Below, piece by piece: positions 1 through 8,645 of a stretch of DNA of 64,000 nucleotides. Numbering within the stretch: position 1 is the stretch's first letter; each line of letters opens with the position of its first letter. Under the pieces are notes generated by a model that was given only the letters and a program-made list of their open reading frames with translations, was not told the origin of the DNA and ran no database searches. The position numbers were made by a program, and so were the translations under genes. Source of the DNA: Candidatus Binataceae bacterium (lineage in GTDB: Bacteria; Desulfobacterota; Binatia; Binatales; Binataceae); contig DASXFX010000078.1 in the NCBI GenBank assembly GCA_036489375.1, forward strand, positions 5,170 through 69,169, in the 5' to 3' direction.

Positions 1-1
1 A

Positions 2-784
2 AGGTATGAAGGGCGGCATCCCGGTATGCGCCGAGACGCCACCGTCAACGACGATTTTCGCGCCAGTGATGAAAGAGGCTTCGTCGGAAGCGAGAAAAGT
101 CACGGTGTTGGCGATCTCTTCGGGCTCACCCATGCGACCGACCGGATGAATCGCGCCCATCGTGCGGCGGAATTCCTCGGCGCGGTCGCCGCCAAGAACC
201 TGGGCGACGCGGGTATTGATACCGCCGGGACATACACAGTTGATGCGAATTTTGTGCTTCGCATTTTCAAGCGCCGCGGCGCGAGTGAGATTAATCACTC
301 CGGCCTTGGCGGCGTTGTAAGAGGCCATACCGTAATCGCCATGCATTCCAGAAATCGAAGCGGTATTGATGATGGCGCCGCCACCCTGCTTGCGCATGAT
401 CGGAACTGAGTACTTGATGCCGAGAAAGGTGCTGGTCAGCGTGACCGCCATGACACGGTTCCACGACTCTAAAGTGGTGTCATGAACCAGCGAGACCTCG
501 GCCATGCCGGCATTGTTGAACATCACGTCGAGGCGTCCGTAGGAATCGATCGCGAGCTTGATTGTCGCCTGAATCGCCTCGGGATCGGCGGCATCCATCT
601 TGATGAAAGCGGCACGCCCGCCGGCGGATTTGATCCCCTCGGTGACGGCCTGTGCGCGCGTGCCGCTCAGATCCGCGACTACGACAGCGGCGCCTTCCGC
701 AGCGAAGCGGCGTACAGTAGCGGCGCCAATACCGGCACCGCCAGCAGTTACAATAGCCACTCGACCATCCAGTTTACCGGGCAT
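2..784 (-). CDS. short-chain dehydrogenase/reductase (SDR), C-terminus cut by window edge
   Basis: Not in the ORF track because it runs off the window. My reverse-complement read from the ATG at 782-784 gives MPGKLDGRVAIVTAGGAGIGAA (TGxxxGxG Rossmann motif), NNAG and SYNAAK (YxxxK). It starts 2 nt after the stop of the upstream ACAD gene. Confidence 0.85.
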   Translation of the reverse strand, partial: MPGKLDGRVAIVTAGGAGIGAATVRRFAAEGAAVVVADLSGTRAQAVTEGIKSAGGRAAFIKMDAADPEAIQATIKLAIDSYGRLDVMFNNAGMAEVSLVHDTTLESWNRVMAVTLTSTFLGIKYSVPIMRKQGGGAIINTASISGMHGDYGMASYNAAKAGVINLTRAAALENAKHKIRINCVCPGGINTRVAQVLGGDRAEEFRRTMGAIHPVGRMGEPEEIANTVTFLASDEASFITGAKIVVDGGVSAHTGMPPFIP

Positions 785-786
785 AA

Positions 787-1974
787 TTATCCCTTGGGCA
801 AGCCGAGCACGCGCTCGCCAATGATGTTGTGCTGAATTTCGTTGGTGCCGGCCGCAATTGTGCCGCGTCGTGCCGCGAGCATGCGATGCGACCATTTACC
901 GCGATCCATCGCTCCGGCAGCACGGTATTCGAACTGACTATACGGACCGAGCAATTCCATCGCGAACTTCTGGATGCGCAGATTGAGATCGGTGGTACCG
1001 AGCTTCATCACGGAACCCTCGGGTCCGGGCGGAAGGCCGCGAAGCTGGCGAGTCAACTGGCGTAAGCTGGTGTACTTGAGACCCTCAGCCTCACAGGCGA
1101 ACGAAGCAATCCGACCGCGCACGTAACCGTCCTCGCAGGCGGGGCGGCCGTTTCGCTGAACTTGCTTGGCAAGCGCGCCGAGTTGACGCACTTCGACCAT
1201 CATATCGGTGCGGCCGCCGTGGATCGTACGCTCGAACATCATATTGGTAATCGCGACCATCCAGCCCTGATTCCAAGTGCCGACGAGGTTGGACTTGGGT
1301 ACCGTGACGTCGTCGAAAAAGACCTGGTTAAAGCCACTCTCGCCAGTGATCTGGACCAGGGGGCGAATAGTCACTCCGGGACTTTTCAGATCGACCAGTA
1401 GATAACTCAGTCCGCGATGTTTGGGCGCACTGGTATCGGTGCGACAGAGTAGAGTCGAGAAGTTCGCGTGATGCGCATTGGAAGTCCAGACCTTCGATCC
1501 GTTGACCAGAAAATGGTCGCCATTGTCGATAGCGCGGGTCTCCACGGCGGCGAGATCGGAACCATGGTTTGGCTCTGAGAGTCCCTGACACCAGATTTCC
1601 TCGGCCGAAGGAATCTTCGGAATAAAGCGGGCCTTTTGCTCGGGCGTGCCCCATTGCATCAATGTGGGACCGACGCGCGCGATGCCCTGGAAATTAACGA
1701 CCGGCGGCGCTTTCGCCCGGTCGAGTTCCTGATGGTAGATGAACTGCTGCATCAAGGTGGCGCCGCGGCCGCCGAACTCCTTGGGCCAGTGGATGCACAT
1801 CCAGCCGGCGTCGTAGAGCTTGCGATGCCATGCCCGACGACGTTCGAACTCGGACTGAGTATCGGGGTCAGCCAGCTCATCGTCGTCACGCCAGTCACGC
1901 GGCACGTTGGCTTCGAGCCACTTGCGAAACTCGGAACGAAAAGTTTCGTCCTCTTCGCTATACTTAAAATCCAT
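787..1974 (-). CDS. acyl-CoA dehydrogenase family protein
   Basis: 395-aa ORF. WPKEFGGRG, CQGLSEPNHGSDLA and VNGSKVWTSN are typical ACAD N-terminal and middle-domain signatures. Confidence 0.9.
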   Translation of the reverse strand: MDFKYSEEDETFRSEFRKWLEANVPRDWRDDDELADPDTQSEFERRRAWHRKLYDAGWMCIHWPKEFGGRGATLMQQFIYHQELDRAKAPPVVNFQGIARVGPTLMQWGTPEQKARFIPKIPSAEEIWCQGLSEPNHGSDLAAVETRAIDNGDHFLVNGSKVWTSNAHHANFSTLLCRTDTSAPKHRGLSYLLVDLKSPGVTIRPLVQITGESGFNQVFFDDVTVPKSNLVGTWNQGWMVAITNMMFERTIHGGRTDMMVEVRQLGALAKQVQRNGRPACEDGYVRGRIASFACEAEGLKYTSLRQLTRQLRGLPPGPEGSVMKLGTTDLNLRIQKFAMELLGPYSQFEYRAAGAMDRGKWSHRMLAARRGTIAAGTNEIQHNIIGERVLGLPKG

Positions 1975-2016
1975 CAGCCTTACCCGCCTAATAAATTACC
2001 GGCGCAAAGTGAGTAA

Positions 2017-2904
2017 TCAGGAGCGCGAATCGCCGGGGATCGAGAGATCAGTAAATCCCATCGGCATACCAAATGAGTCATCGACGTTGAGTACAAACGA
2101 ATTGACGTGCTCTGGCTCGATACGTTGTTTCTTCGATTTTAGAAAATCCGCTGCGCGGGTGAGGTTCAGGGTCTTGAAGGTGACGGCGTGAACCCCCTCA
2201 CCATTGGCCTCGAGATCGCGACCTTCGGGACTGCTAGTGGAAAGCGGTTGGGCCGCTTCGATGACAGTGTCCTCGCCGACCGCGATAAAGGCACTCCGCT
2301 TGCGACCGGGCGTTTCACTTTCATGCAACAGTTTGCCGCCGAGGAGATCGACGTAGAGCGATTTCGCGACCTTCAAATCGCCAAACAGGACCGTGATATG
2401 CGAAGTACGATCGATGCCGAGCGGATGATCTCGCCACGGCGCCGTGCTCCATCCCGGCTGGAGGCGTGGGTCGGCGATGTAGTTGCCGGTCACAGCAAAC
2501 TCAAGCAGCGCGTGGGTTTCCTTAGGGTGCGTCCAGATCGCCTCGGTACGCAGCGGCGGCTTCACGACTCTGCCGGTAACGTCATAGAGGCGGAGATTAT
2601 GCTGGCCCAGATCGGCAGCCATCGCACCGACGTCATCCACGTACCATGCGATCGAGTGGAAGTGCTGACCGAAGCGGGAGAGGAACTTGCCGATAGGCGT
2701 TCGATCCGCGTCAGGGACCTTGGCCAGCATAACAGGCTCCATCACGAGGTCGCCGATGAGCACCAAGGAGGCCTCGCGCGCGGCCAGCTTCTCATAGCCG
2801 TGATAGAAGCGATTGACGGCAAATATGTCGTCGAACCAGCGATCGACCGCCGCTAAATCTTTGACGACATGAGTGAGATGAAAAATTTTACCGATTTTGA
2901 ACAT
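2017..2904 (-). CDS. two-domain VOC (glyoxalase/extradiol dioxygenase-like) family protein
   Basis: 295-aa ORF with two beta-alpha-beta-beta-beta-like halves (FHLTHVVKDL... and SHITVLFGDL...GVHAVTF) carrying His/Glu metal-ligand-like positions. Its operon position is next to a hydrolase. Confidence 0.7.
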   Translation of the reverse strand: MFKIGKIFHLTHVVKDLAAVDRWFDDIFAVNRFYHGYEKLAAREASLVLIGDLVMEPVMLAKVPDADRTPIGKFLSRFGQHFHSIAWYVDDVGAMAADLGQHNLRLYDVTGRVVKPPLRTEAIWTHPKETHALLEFAVTGNYIADPRLQPGWSTAPWRDHPLGIDRTSHITVLFGDLKVAKSLYVDLLGGKLLHESETPGRKRSAFIAVGEDTVIEAAQPLSTSSPEGRDLEANGEGVHAVTFKTLNLTRAADFLKSKKQRIEPEHVNSFVLNVDDSFGMPMGFTDLSIPGDSRS

Positions 2905-2920
2905 GGCTATCTCCGAATAG

Positions 2921-4252
2921 CTACTTCAATCCCAGGGCGGCGAGCGGTGTGCGATCGGCGACGGGCCCACGCGCAGTTCCGGAGGTCAGCTTCACGGATC
3001 CGGGCGTGCGCTGAAAAGGATCGGGCAAGTCGATCGCTTTCGCATGCTCCTTCAACGCAGGCATTACCTCATCGGCAAACAAACGCATACTAGTGCGACG
3101 GTCCTCGTTGCCGACGGGCCCCTGAATACTGAACATAATGAAGATGCCCGGGCGCAGTACACTGAGTATTGATTTGATCTTGGGGATGACGGTTTTGGGC
3201 GTTCCGGCTATAACTTGCAAGTTTTGCTGGACCTTCTGCAATCCACTACGGAGCTTGCGTCGAACCTCATCATAGTTGACCTCGCCGGTATCGCCCTCCT
3301 CCATGCTTTCCCTGATTTTTTCGCCGCTGACACCGAGCCACGTACTGGTCTGCTGCTTCGCGAGCATGCGGATGGCGCTCTTCGAGTTATATCCCGGAGG
3401 CATCGTAAACTGAGGCGCGGAAAATGCGTTCTGACCGCCGCCATAGACGAAGTTATCGGCAATCGACTGCGCCTTCTCTTCACTCTCTGCGAGTACGGTC
3501 GGAATGAGGTAGCCGAAATTCTCGGGACCGGCCTGGTAGCCATTTTTCGCGGCTACATCGGCGTAGAAATCCCATAGATCGCAGGTGGGTCCGAGCTGAG
3601 TACCGAGGCCAATATATGGATAGCGATGCTCGGCGCACCATTGGACGGTTTCGGGACTGAGGACGCCCGGAATCCACATCGGCGGATGGGGCTTTTGATA
3701 AGGCAGCGCCCACGGATTCACGTGGCGATAATGAAAGTGCTTGCCCTCGTAGCGCCACGGACCGGGCCGGGTCCAGGCCTGTATGATGAAATCATGCGCC
3801 TCGTTGAACATCTCGCGGTTGTACGCAGGATTGGCGTTGTTGAAGAATTGTTCGGAGCCAGCGCCGCGAACCCATCCGGTGACCAGACGGCCGCGCGAAA
3901 TGAGATCGATTTCGGCTAGCTCTTCGGCCATTCGCAGTGGATGTTTGATGACGGGCAACGGGTTGCCGATTAGTACGATGCGCACGCGCTTGGTGCGATA
4001 GGCGAGCACCGATGCTTCAACGTTCATCACGGAGCCCATGCAAAAGGGATTACCGTGATGCTCATTGAGGGCGACGACGTCGAACCCCAAGTCCTCGGCG
4101 TAGCAATACTCGTCTAGATAGTAATGATAATCGTCAGCCGCCTTTTCGCGATCGAAATGACTATTGGAGACGGCGAAGTAACCACGGTTGCGGAGGATTT
4201 CCTCCTCGGGAAGCCATCGATAGGGACGCTCAGTGAAATAGCCAATCTGCAT
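2921..4252 (-). CDS. LLM-class (luciferase-like) flavin-dependent oxidoreductase
   Basis: The ORF is 2921-4441, but its first 63 aa are Arg-rich and overlap the upstream gene. The ATG at 4250-4252 (MQIGYFTERPY) has a GAGAGG RBS. The body has the LLM-like stretch ALNEHHGNPF...RGRLVTGWVRG. Confidence 0.85.
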   Translation of the reverse strand: MQIGYFTERPYRWLPEEEILRNRGYFAVSNSHFDREKAADDYHYYLDEYCYAEDLGFDVVALNEHHGNPFCMGSVMNVEASVLAYRTKRVRIVLIGNPLPVIKHPLRMAEELAEIDLISRGRLVTGWVRGAGSEQFFNNANPAYNREMFNEAHDFIIQAWTRPGPWRYEGKHFHYRHVNPWALPYQKPHPPMWIPGVLSPETVQWCAEHRYPYIGLGTQLGPTCDLWDFYADVAAKNGYQAGPENFGYLIPTVLAESEEKAQSIADNFVYGGGQNAFSAPQFTMPPGYNSKSAIRMLAKQQTSTWLGVSGEKIRESMEEGDTGEVNYDEVRRKLRSGLQKVQQNLQVIAGTPKTVIPKIKSILSVLRPGIFIMFSIQGPVGNEDRRTSMRLFADEVMPALKEHAKAIDLPDPFQRTPGSVKLTSGTARGPVADRTPLAALGLK

Positions 4253-4278
4253 GTCAGATACCTCTCGGCTGTTCGTCG

Positions 4279-5064
4279 CTACGCGGACAGGAATTTCCTG
4301 ACCGCACGATCGAACTCCGCGACGTTTTCGATTTCGGGACGATGGCCGGCGCCTTCGATTTCGACGACCTGGGCGCCCGTGATCGCAGCGCGATAACCGT
4401 CGATGCAACCGCGGGGCACGACTTTGTCCTGTGTGCCCCACACCAGCAGCGTCGGCGTTTTCGCGCCTCGCAGCAGATGCGGAAGACTCGGATTGTGCAT
4501 GAACGGTTCCCAGCCGATACGTGCGGTTTCGGAGCGAGCGTCCTCGAAGGCCTCGAAGCGATCGGGCGTCATTTGACCGCCATAAATTTTGAGATATTCG
4601 GGAGTGTTCGCGGGATCGGCAACTGTCGCCATCAGATGACGGCGGACGGTCACCGCGAAGAAATCGAAAATCTCACCGGTGGCGGGTTTGATACCCATCG
4701 GCGCCACGAGCACCATGTGCGAGAAGATAGCGGGGTCTGCCGCGGCCATCTCGGCCGCGATGAACCCGCCCGCGGAAAACCCGATCACGTCGATCGGCTC
4801 CAGCTTCATCTCGCGTATCACTTGCGAATAGAAGCCCGCGAGATCCCGATAGTTGAGAATCCAATCGATGCGCGCGGATTTGCCGTAGCCCGGTTGATAC
4901 GGAATCAGCAGCGTGCGGTTCTGTGCGAGCTTTTCGTTCCACTCCATCCAACCTGGGTAGCCGAGCTCATCGTGCAGGATGAGCAGCGGTTTACCGGATC
5001 CGCCGCGCACCAAAGCCAGTTCAGCGCCCGCCGCCTTGACGGTTTCTTCAATAAAGTTTGCCAA
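4279..5064 (-). CDS. alpha/beta-fold hydrolase (meta-cleavage-product-hydrolase-like)
   Basis: 261 aa, with an HDELG oxyanion region, a GFSAGG nucleophile elbow (GxSxG) and a C-terminal GAGH catalytic His region. Confidence 0.85.
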   Translation of the reverse strand: MANFIEETVKAAGAELALVRGGSGKPLLILHDELGYPGWMEWNEKLAQNRTLLIPYQPGYGKSARIDWILNYRDLAGFYSQVIREMKLEPIDVIGFSAGGFIAAEMAAADPAIFSHMVLVAPMGIKPATGEIFDFFAVTVRRHLMATVADPANTPEYLKIYGGQMTPDRFEAFEDARSETARIGWEPFMHNPSLPHLLRGAKTPTLLVWGTQDKVVPRGCIDGYRAAITGAQVVEIEGAGHRPEIENVAEFDRAVRKFLSA

Positions 5065-5235
5065 TGAATAATCTCCTCCTCAGGCTCTCAACCGCGGATG
5101 CCCGGGTTCAAGATGGTGCTGATTCAGAGTCTTCGCAAGAATCAAGCGTCACTGTCAAATGCGCCGGGCTTGCGAATCAAATTGTACTAATGGTTAAGAT
5201 GCCGCATCAGGCGCAGGGACAATCGCGAGGGAACA

Positions 5236-6177
5236 ATGGAGTATCGAAGGCTGGGAAATTCCGGACTGCAAGTTTCGTTGGCAGGACTGGGCTGCAACAA
5301 CTTCGGCATGAGGATCGACGCGGTGCAAACGCGCGCCGTGGTCCATCGAGCACTCGATGAAGGAATCACCCTATTCGACACGGCGGACATTTACGGGAAC
5401 CGCGGACAGTCGGAGGATATGCTGGGGAAGGCGCTGGAGAATCGGCGCCACGAAATCGTGCTCGCGAGCAAATTCGGCATGGCGATGGGTGACGGACCGT
5501 ACAAGACTGGAGGCTCTCGCCGGTACATCATGGCGGCATGTGAAGCGAGCCTCAAACGCCTCGGAACTGACTATATCGATTTGTACCAGATACATCAGCC
5601 AGACCCGGCAACGCCCGAGGAGGAGACGCTCGCCGCGCTCGATACACTAGTGCGTTCGGGCAAGGTCCGTTACATCGGGAGTAGCAACTACGCTGGATGG
5701 CAAGTAGCCGATGCGGCATGGATTGCGAAAGCGCGCGGCTGGGCGCCGTATGTCTCGGCACAAAACCATTACAACTTGCTGAATCGGGCAGTCGAGCACG
5801 ACCTGTTACCAGCATGCCGCCATTTCGGCGTCGGCATTCTGCCGTTCTTTCCGCTCGCGAGCGGATTCCTGACCGGCAAATATCGCCGCGGCGAGGAACC
5901 CGCACAGGGCACGCGCTTTGCCGCGATGCGCCGCCTCGCCGATCCCCTGATGACCGAGGCCAACTTTCAAACCATCGACAAGCTCGACGACTTCGCGCGT
6001 AAACACGATCATCCCCTGCTAGAACTCGCGGTAGGCTGGCTCGCGACGCAACCCGAAATTTCGAGCGTCATAAGCGGCGCGACGAGTCCGGAGCAAGTTA
6101 CGGAAAACGCGAAGGCGGTCACATGGCGGCTGACCCCGGAAGAGATGGCAGAGGTCAACAAGATAACGAAGAAATAG
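5236..6177 (+). CDS. aldo/keto reductase
   Basis: 313 aa. MEYRRLGNSGLQVS start, LFDTADIYG, and YIDLYQIHQPD are AKR signatures. Confidence 0.9.
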   Translation: MEYRRLGNSGLQVSLAGLGCNNFGMRIDAVQTRAVVHRALDEGITLFDTADIYGNRGQSEDMLGKALENRRHEIVLASKFGMAMGDGPYKTGGSRRYIMAACEASLKRLGTDYIDLYQIHQPDPATPEEETLAALDTLVRSGKVRYIGSSNYAGWQVADAAWIAKARGWAPYVSAQNHYNLLNRAVEHDLLPACRHFGVGILPFFPLASGFLTGKYRRGEEPAQGTRFAAMRRLADPLMTEANFQTIDKLDDFARKHDHPLLELAVGWLATQPEISSVISGATSPEQVTENAKAVTWRLTPEEMAEVNKITKK

Positions 6178-6196
6178 CGTCGATGATGCGAAACCG

Positions 6197-6424
6197 CGAG
6201 CAACCACGCGCCCCGCGCGGTTGCTCGTGGTCCGGGATATGCGGCAAGGGGCGGAGATGGGAACGTCGTTCCTATCTCCGCCCCTTGCCGGCTTCCTGGA
6301 GGAGAGGCTGCTTTTGCAGCCTCTCCTCCCCTGAGATTCGTCAGGTGGACGCGGCGCCGCCGCATCCACCTGACGAATAAGACAACCGGGCGCCCACGCC
6401 GCTTGGCGGCGTGGGCGCCCGGTT
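6197..6424. repeat. array of five consecutive GC-rich inverted repeats (stem-loops), probable stacked bidirectional terminators or REP-like elements
   Basis: Hand-paired stems: 6197-6227 (13 bp, 1 mismatch); 6242-6290 (23 bp including one G-T, 3-nt loop); 6298-6329 (14 bp, TTTT loop); 6336-6378 (14+5 bp, one C/A mismatch); 6384-6424 (about 20 bp). They lie between two convergent stop codons. Confidence 0.7.
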
Positions 6425-6436
6425 TGTTAAGGAGAC

Positions 6437-7288
6437 CTATGCCTCGAAGCGGAACGATCCGTTGCGCCGCACGATATGGCCGGACGTCGGTCCGGCGAAG
6501 TGAGTACCGATCACGCTGATCGGCTTGTCGCAATAGCGCTCGACGAAGGCCTTGCGCGTTTCTCCACCCATCGTGGGATCGGTGTCGAATTCGCAAATCC
6601 AGTCGGGATGGGCGATCTGAATCGGATGGTGGATCATGTCGCCGGTGATGACCGCGTTCTCTCCGCCTGACGAAATCCGCACGCTGGTGTGACCAGGGGT
6701 ATGTCCCGGAGTCGCTTCGAGTACGACGTCGCCAGTCAATCGATGTCCGTTGTCCACCAGTTCCGCGCGCCCTGCTTCGATGATCGGGCGCACTGAATCA
6801 TCGATGGTCATCTTGAAATCGGCCATGCCGTCGTATTTGTTCCAATGCTCCCACTCGCGCTTGACCATCAGATACTTGGCCTTGGGAAAAGTCGGTACCC
6901 ACTTGCCGTTCTCAAGCGTGGTGTTCCAGCCGACGTGATCGAGATGCAGATGCGTGGCCAACACAGTGTCGATCGAATCGCGAGCGACGCCCGCTTTCTC
7001 GAGGTTCTGGAGGAACGGCAGATGAAGATGATCCCAATCCTTGAAGCCGGGCCGGGTTTTGTCGTTGCCGACGCAGGTATCGACCAGGATTCGCTTGCCT
7101 TCGCTCTCGACTAGCAGCGCGTGGATACTCAAACGAAAGTTGCCGTCGTTGCAAAACGGATCGAGCCATTCACCTTCGCGTTTGACGTTATCGGCCACGG
7201 CCTCTTTCAGAATCATCGTACCAGGCCATACCGGTTCCTGTTCCTGCAAACGCGTGATGCGGACATCGCCGACTTTCCAAGTATGCAT
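6437..7288 (-). CDS. MBL-fold metallo-hydrolase (lactonase-like)
   Basis: 283 aa with HLHLDHVGW (the HxHxDH zinc motif) and later TPGHTPGH and GD..HH motifs. Confidence 0.85.
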   Translation of the reverse strand: MHTWKVGDVRITRLQEQEPVWPGTMILKEAVADNVKREGEWLDPFCNDGNFRLSIHALLVESEGKRILVDTCVGNDKTRPGFKDWDHLHLPFLQNLEKAGVARDSIDTVLATHLHLDHVGWNTTLENGKWVPTFPKAKYLMVKREWEHWNKYDGMADFKMTIDDSVRPIIEAGRAELVDNGHRLTGDVVLEATPGHTPGHTSVRISSGGENAVITGDMIHHPIQIAHPDWICEFDTDPTMGGETRKAFVERYCDKPISVIGTHFAGPTSGHIVRRNGSFRFEA

Positions 7289-7533
7289 TGATATTCCTCC
7301 GGAAATTGATTCGTGCAGACTATCCGGCGCACCTTAGCCCGACTACGGCGCATCAGGCAATCGCAATTCGGACTCGCTGACCGCCGAGCGCCAAGGTCGT
7401 TAGAGGACAGCCCGGGGCGACAACTTTGCCTGGCGATTCCTTGGGACTTGTACTAGGTTTGGGCTTCCGAATCTAAAAGCTGCTTCGGCGGGGAAGGAAG
7501 CCGCTGGAAGCCGAAAGCGAAGGAGCCGCAACG

Positions 7534-8499
7534 ATGGCAATCAATACCGTCACGGGCAAATGCAACGCACGCGACCTGGGTTTCACGCTCATCCATGAGC
7601 ATCTGACCGCCGGATTTCCCGGCTGGGAACTCGATAATCGCGGCTTCAACCGCAAATCGGAAGTCGGCAAAGCGGTCGATCGTATGAAGGAGATCCAGGA
7701 CCTTGGGGTCTCGAGCTTCGTCGATCCATGTCCGATGGAACTCGGTCGCGACCCGGAATTCGCGGCGGAAGTCGCCGAGAAATCGGGGATGCGAGTGATC
7801 ATCGCGACCGGCTTATATAATGACGCCTTCGGCATCCCTCAGCATTTCCGCATGCTCGACCCAGACGACATCGCCGATGTCTATATCAAGGAGTTGACCG
7901 AGGGCATCGGGAACACCGGAATCAAACCGGGTCTGATCAAAACGGCGACCGGCGGCATACCAGGGATGTCCGAGGACACCGCCATCACCAAATATGAAGA
8001 AAAGTGCCTGCGGGCGGCGGCGCGTGCGCAGAAGAAGACCGGCGCACCGTTGCTCTGCCACAACAGCGAAAGCTCGCCGTTCGGACGCGAGACGCTGGAC
8101 ATCTTCAAAGAAGAAGGCGTCGATTTCAACCGTGTGCTGATCGGACATGCGTGCGGCGTGGGCGACATGAAGTACTACTTCGACATTCTGAACCGCGGCG
8201 CTTGGATTGGATTCGATCGCTTCGGACTGGAGCCGATCGCGCCCGATAAGATGCGTCTGGCATCGCTGATCGGACTGCTGGCTGTAGGCTTCGACCGGAT
8301 CATGCTGTCGCAGGACGCAGTCGGATGCTGGCTGGGCCGCACGTTCCCGGCGATCGAGAAGATGATGGAGGCGGCGCCGAATTCCAACTACGCGCACGTT
8401 TGCCGCAACATCATTCCACAAATGCTCAAAGCCGGCGTATCCCAGGAAAAAATCCATACACTGACGGTGGATAATCCACGCGCGTATTTCGGCGACTAA
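7534..8499 (+). CDS. phosphotriesterase-related (PTE/PLL lactonase-like) amidohydrolase
   Basis: 321 aa. GFTLIHEHL (HxH metal site) near the N-terminus, LIGHACG, and LSQD near the C-terminus are typical of the phosphotriesterase family. Confidence 0.85.
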   Translation: MAINTVTGKCNARDLGFTLIHEHLTAGFPGWELDNRGFNRKSEVGKAVDRMKEIQDLGVSSFVDPCPMELGRDPEFAAEVAEKSGMRVIIATGLYNDAFGIPQHFRMLDPDDIADVYIKELTEGIGNTGIKPGLIKTATGGIPGMSEDTAITKYEEKCLRAAARAQKKTGAPLLCHNSESSPFGRETLDIFKEEGVDFNRVLIGHACGVGDMKYYFDILNRGAWIGFDRFGLEPIAPDKMRLASLIGLLAVGFDRIMLSQDAVGCWLGRTFPAIEKMMEAAPNSNYAHVCRNIIPQMLKAGVSQEKIHTLTVDNPRAYFGD

Positions 8500-8645
8500 A
8501 AACGAAATCGCGTCGGTTTGAATCGTTCTTCGCGGGCGGCGATGGGAGGGGTGTGAAGCTCCTCGCCATCGCCGTCGCGATCATAAGGGCAGGGCACCTG
8601 ACATGCGGCGGGCACCCAATCAGCGATTAGTAAGGGAGATTTGAA

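Noticed and set aside
4253-4441. 63-aa N-terminal extension of the LLM oxidoreductase ORF
   Set aside because: It is an Arg-rich segment that overlaps the 3' end of the upstream hydrolase gene. The internal ATG at 4252 has a good RBS and begins the conserved LLM N-terminus.
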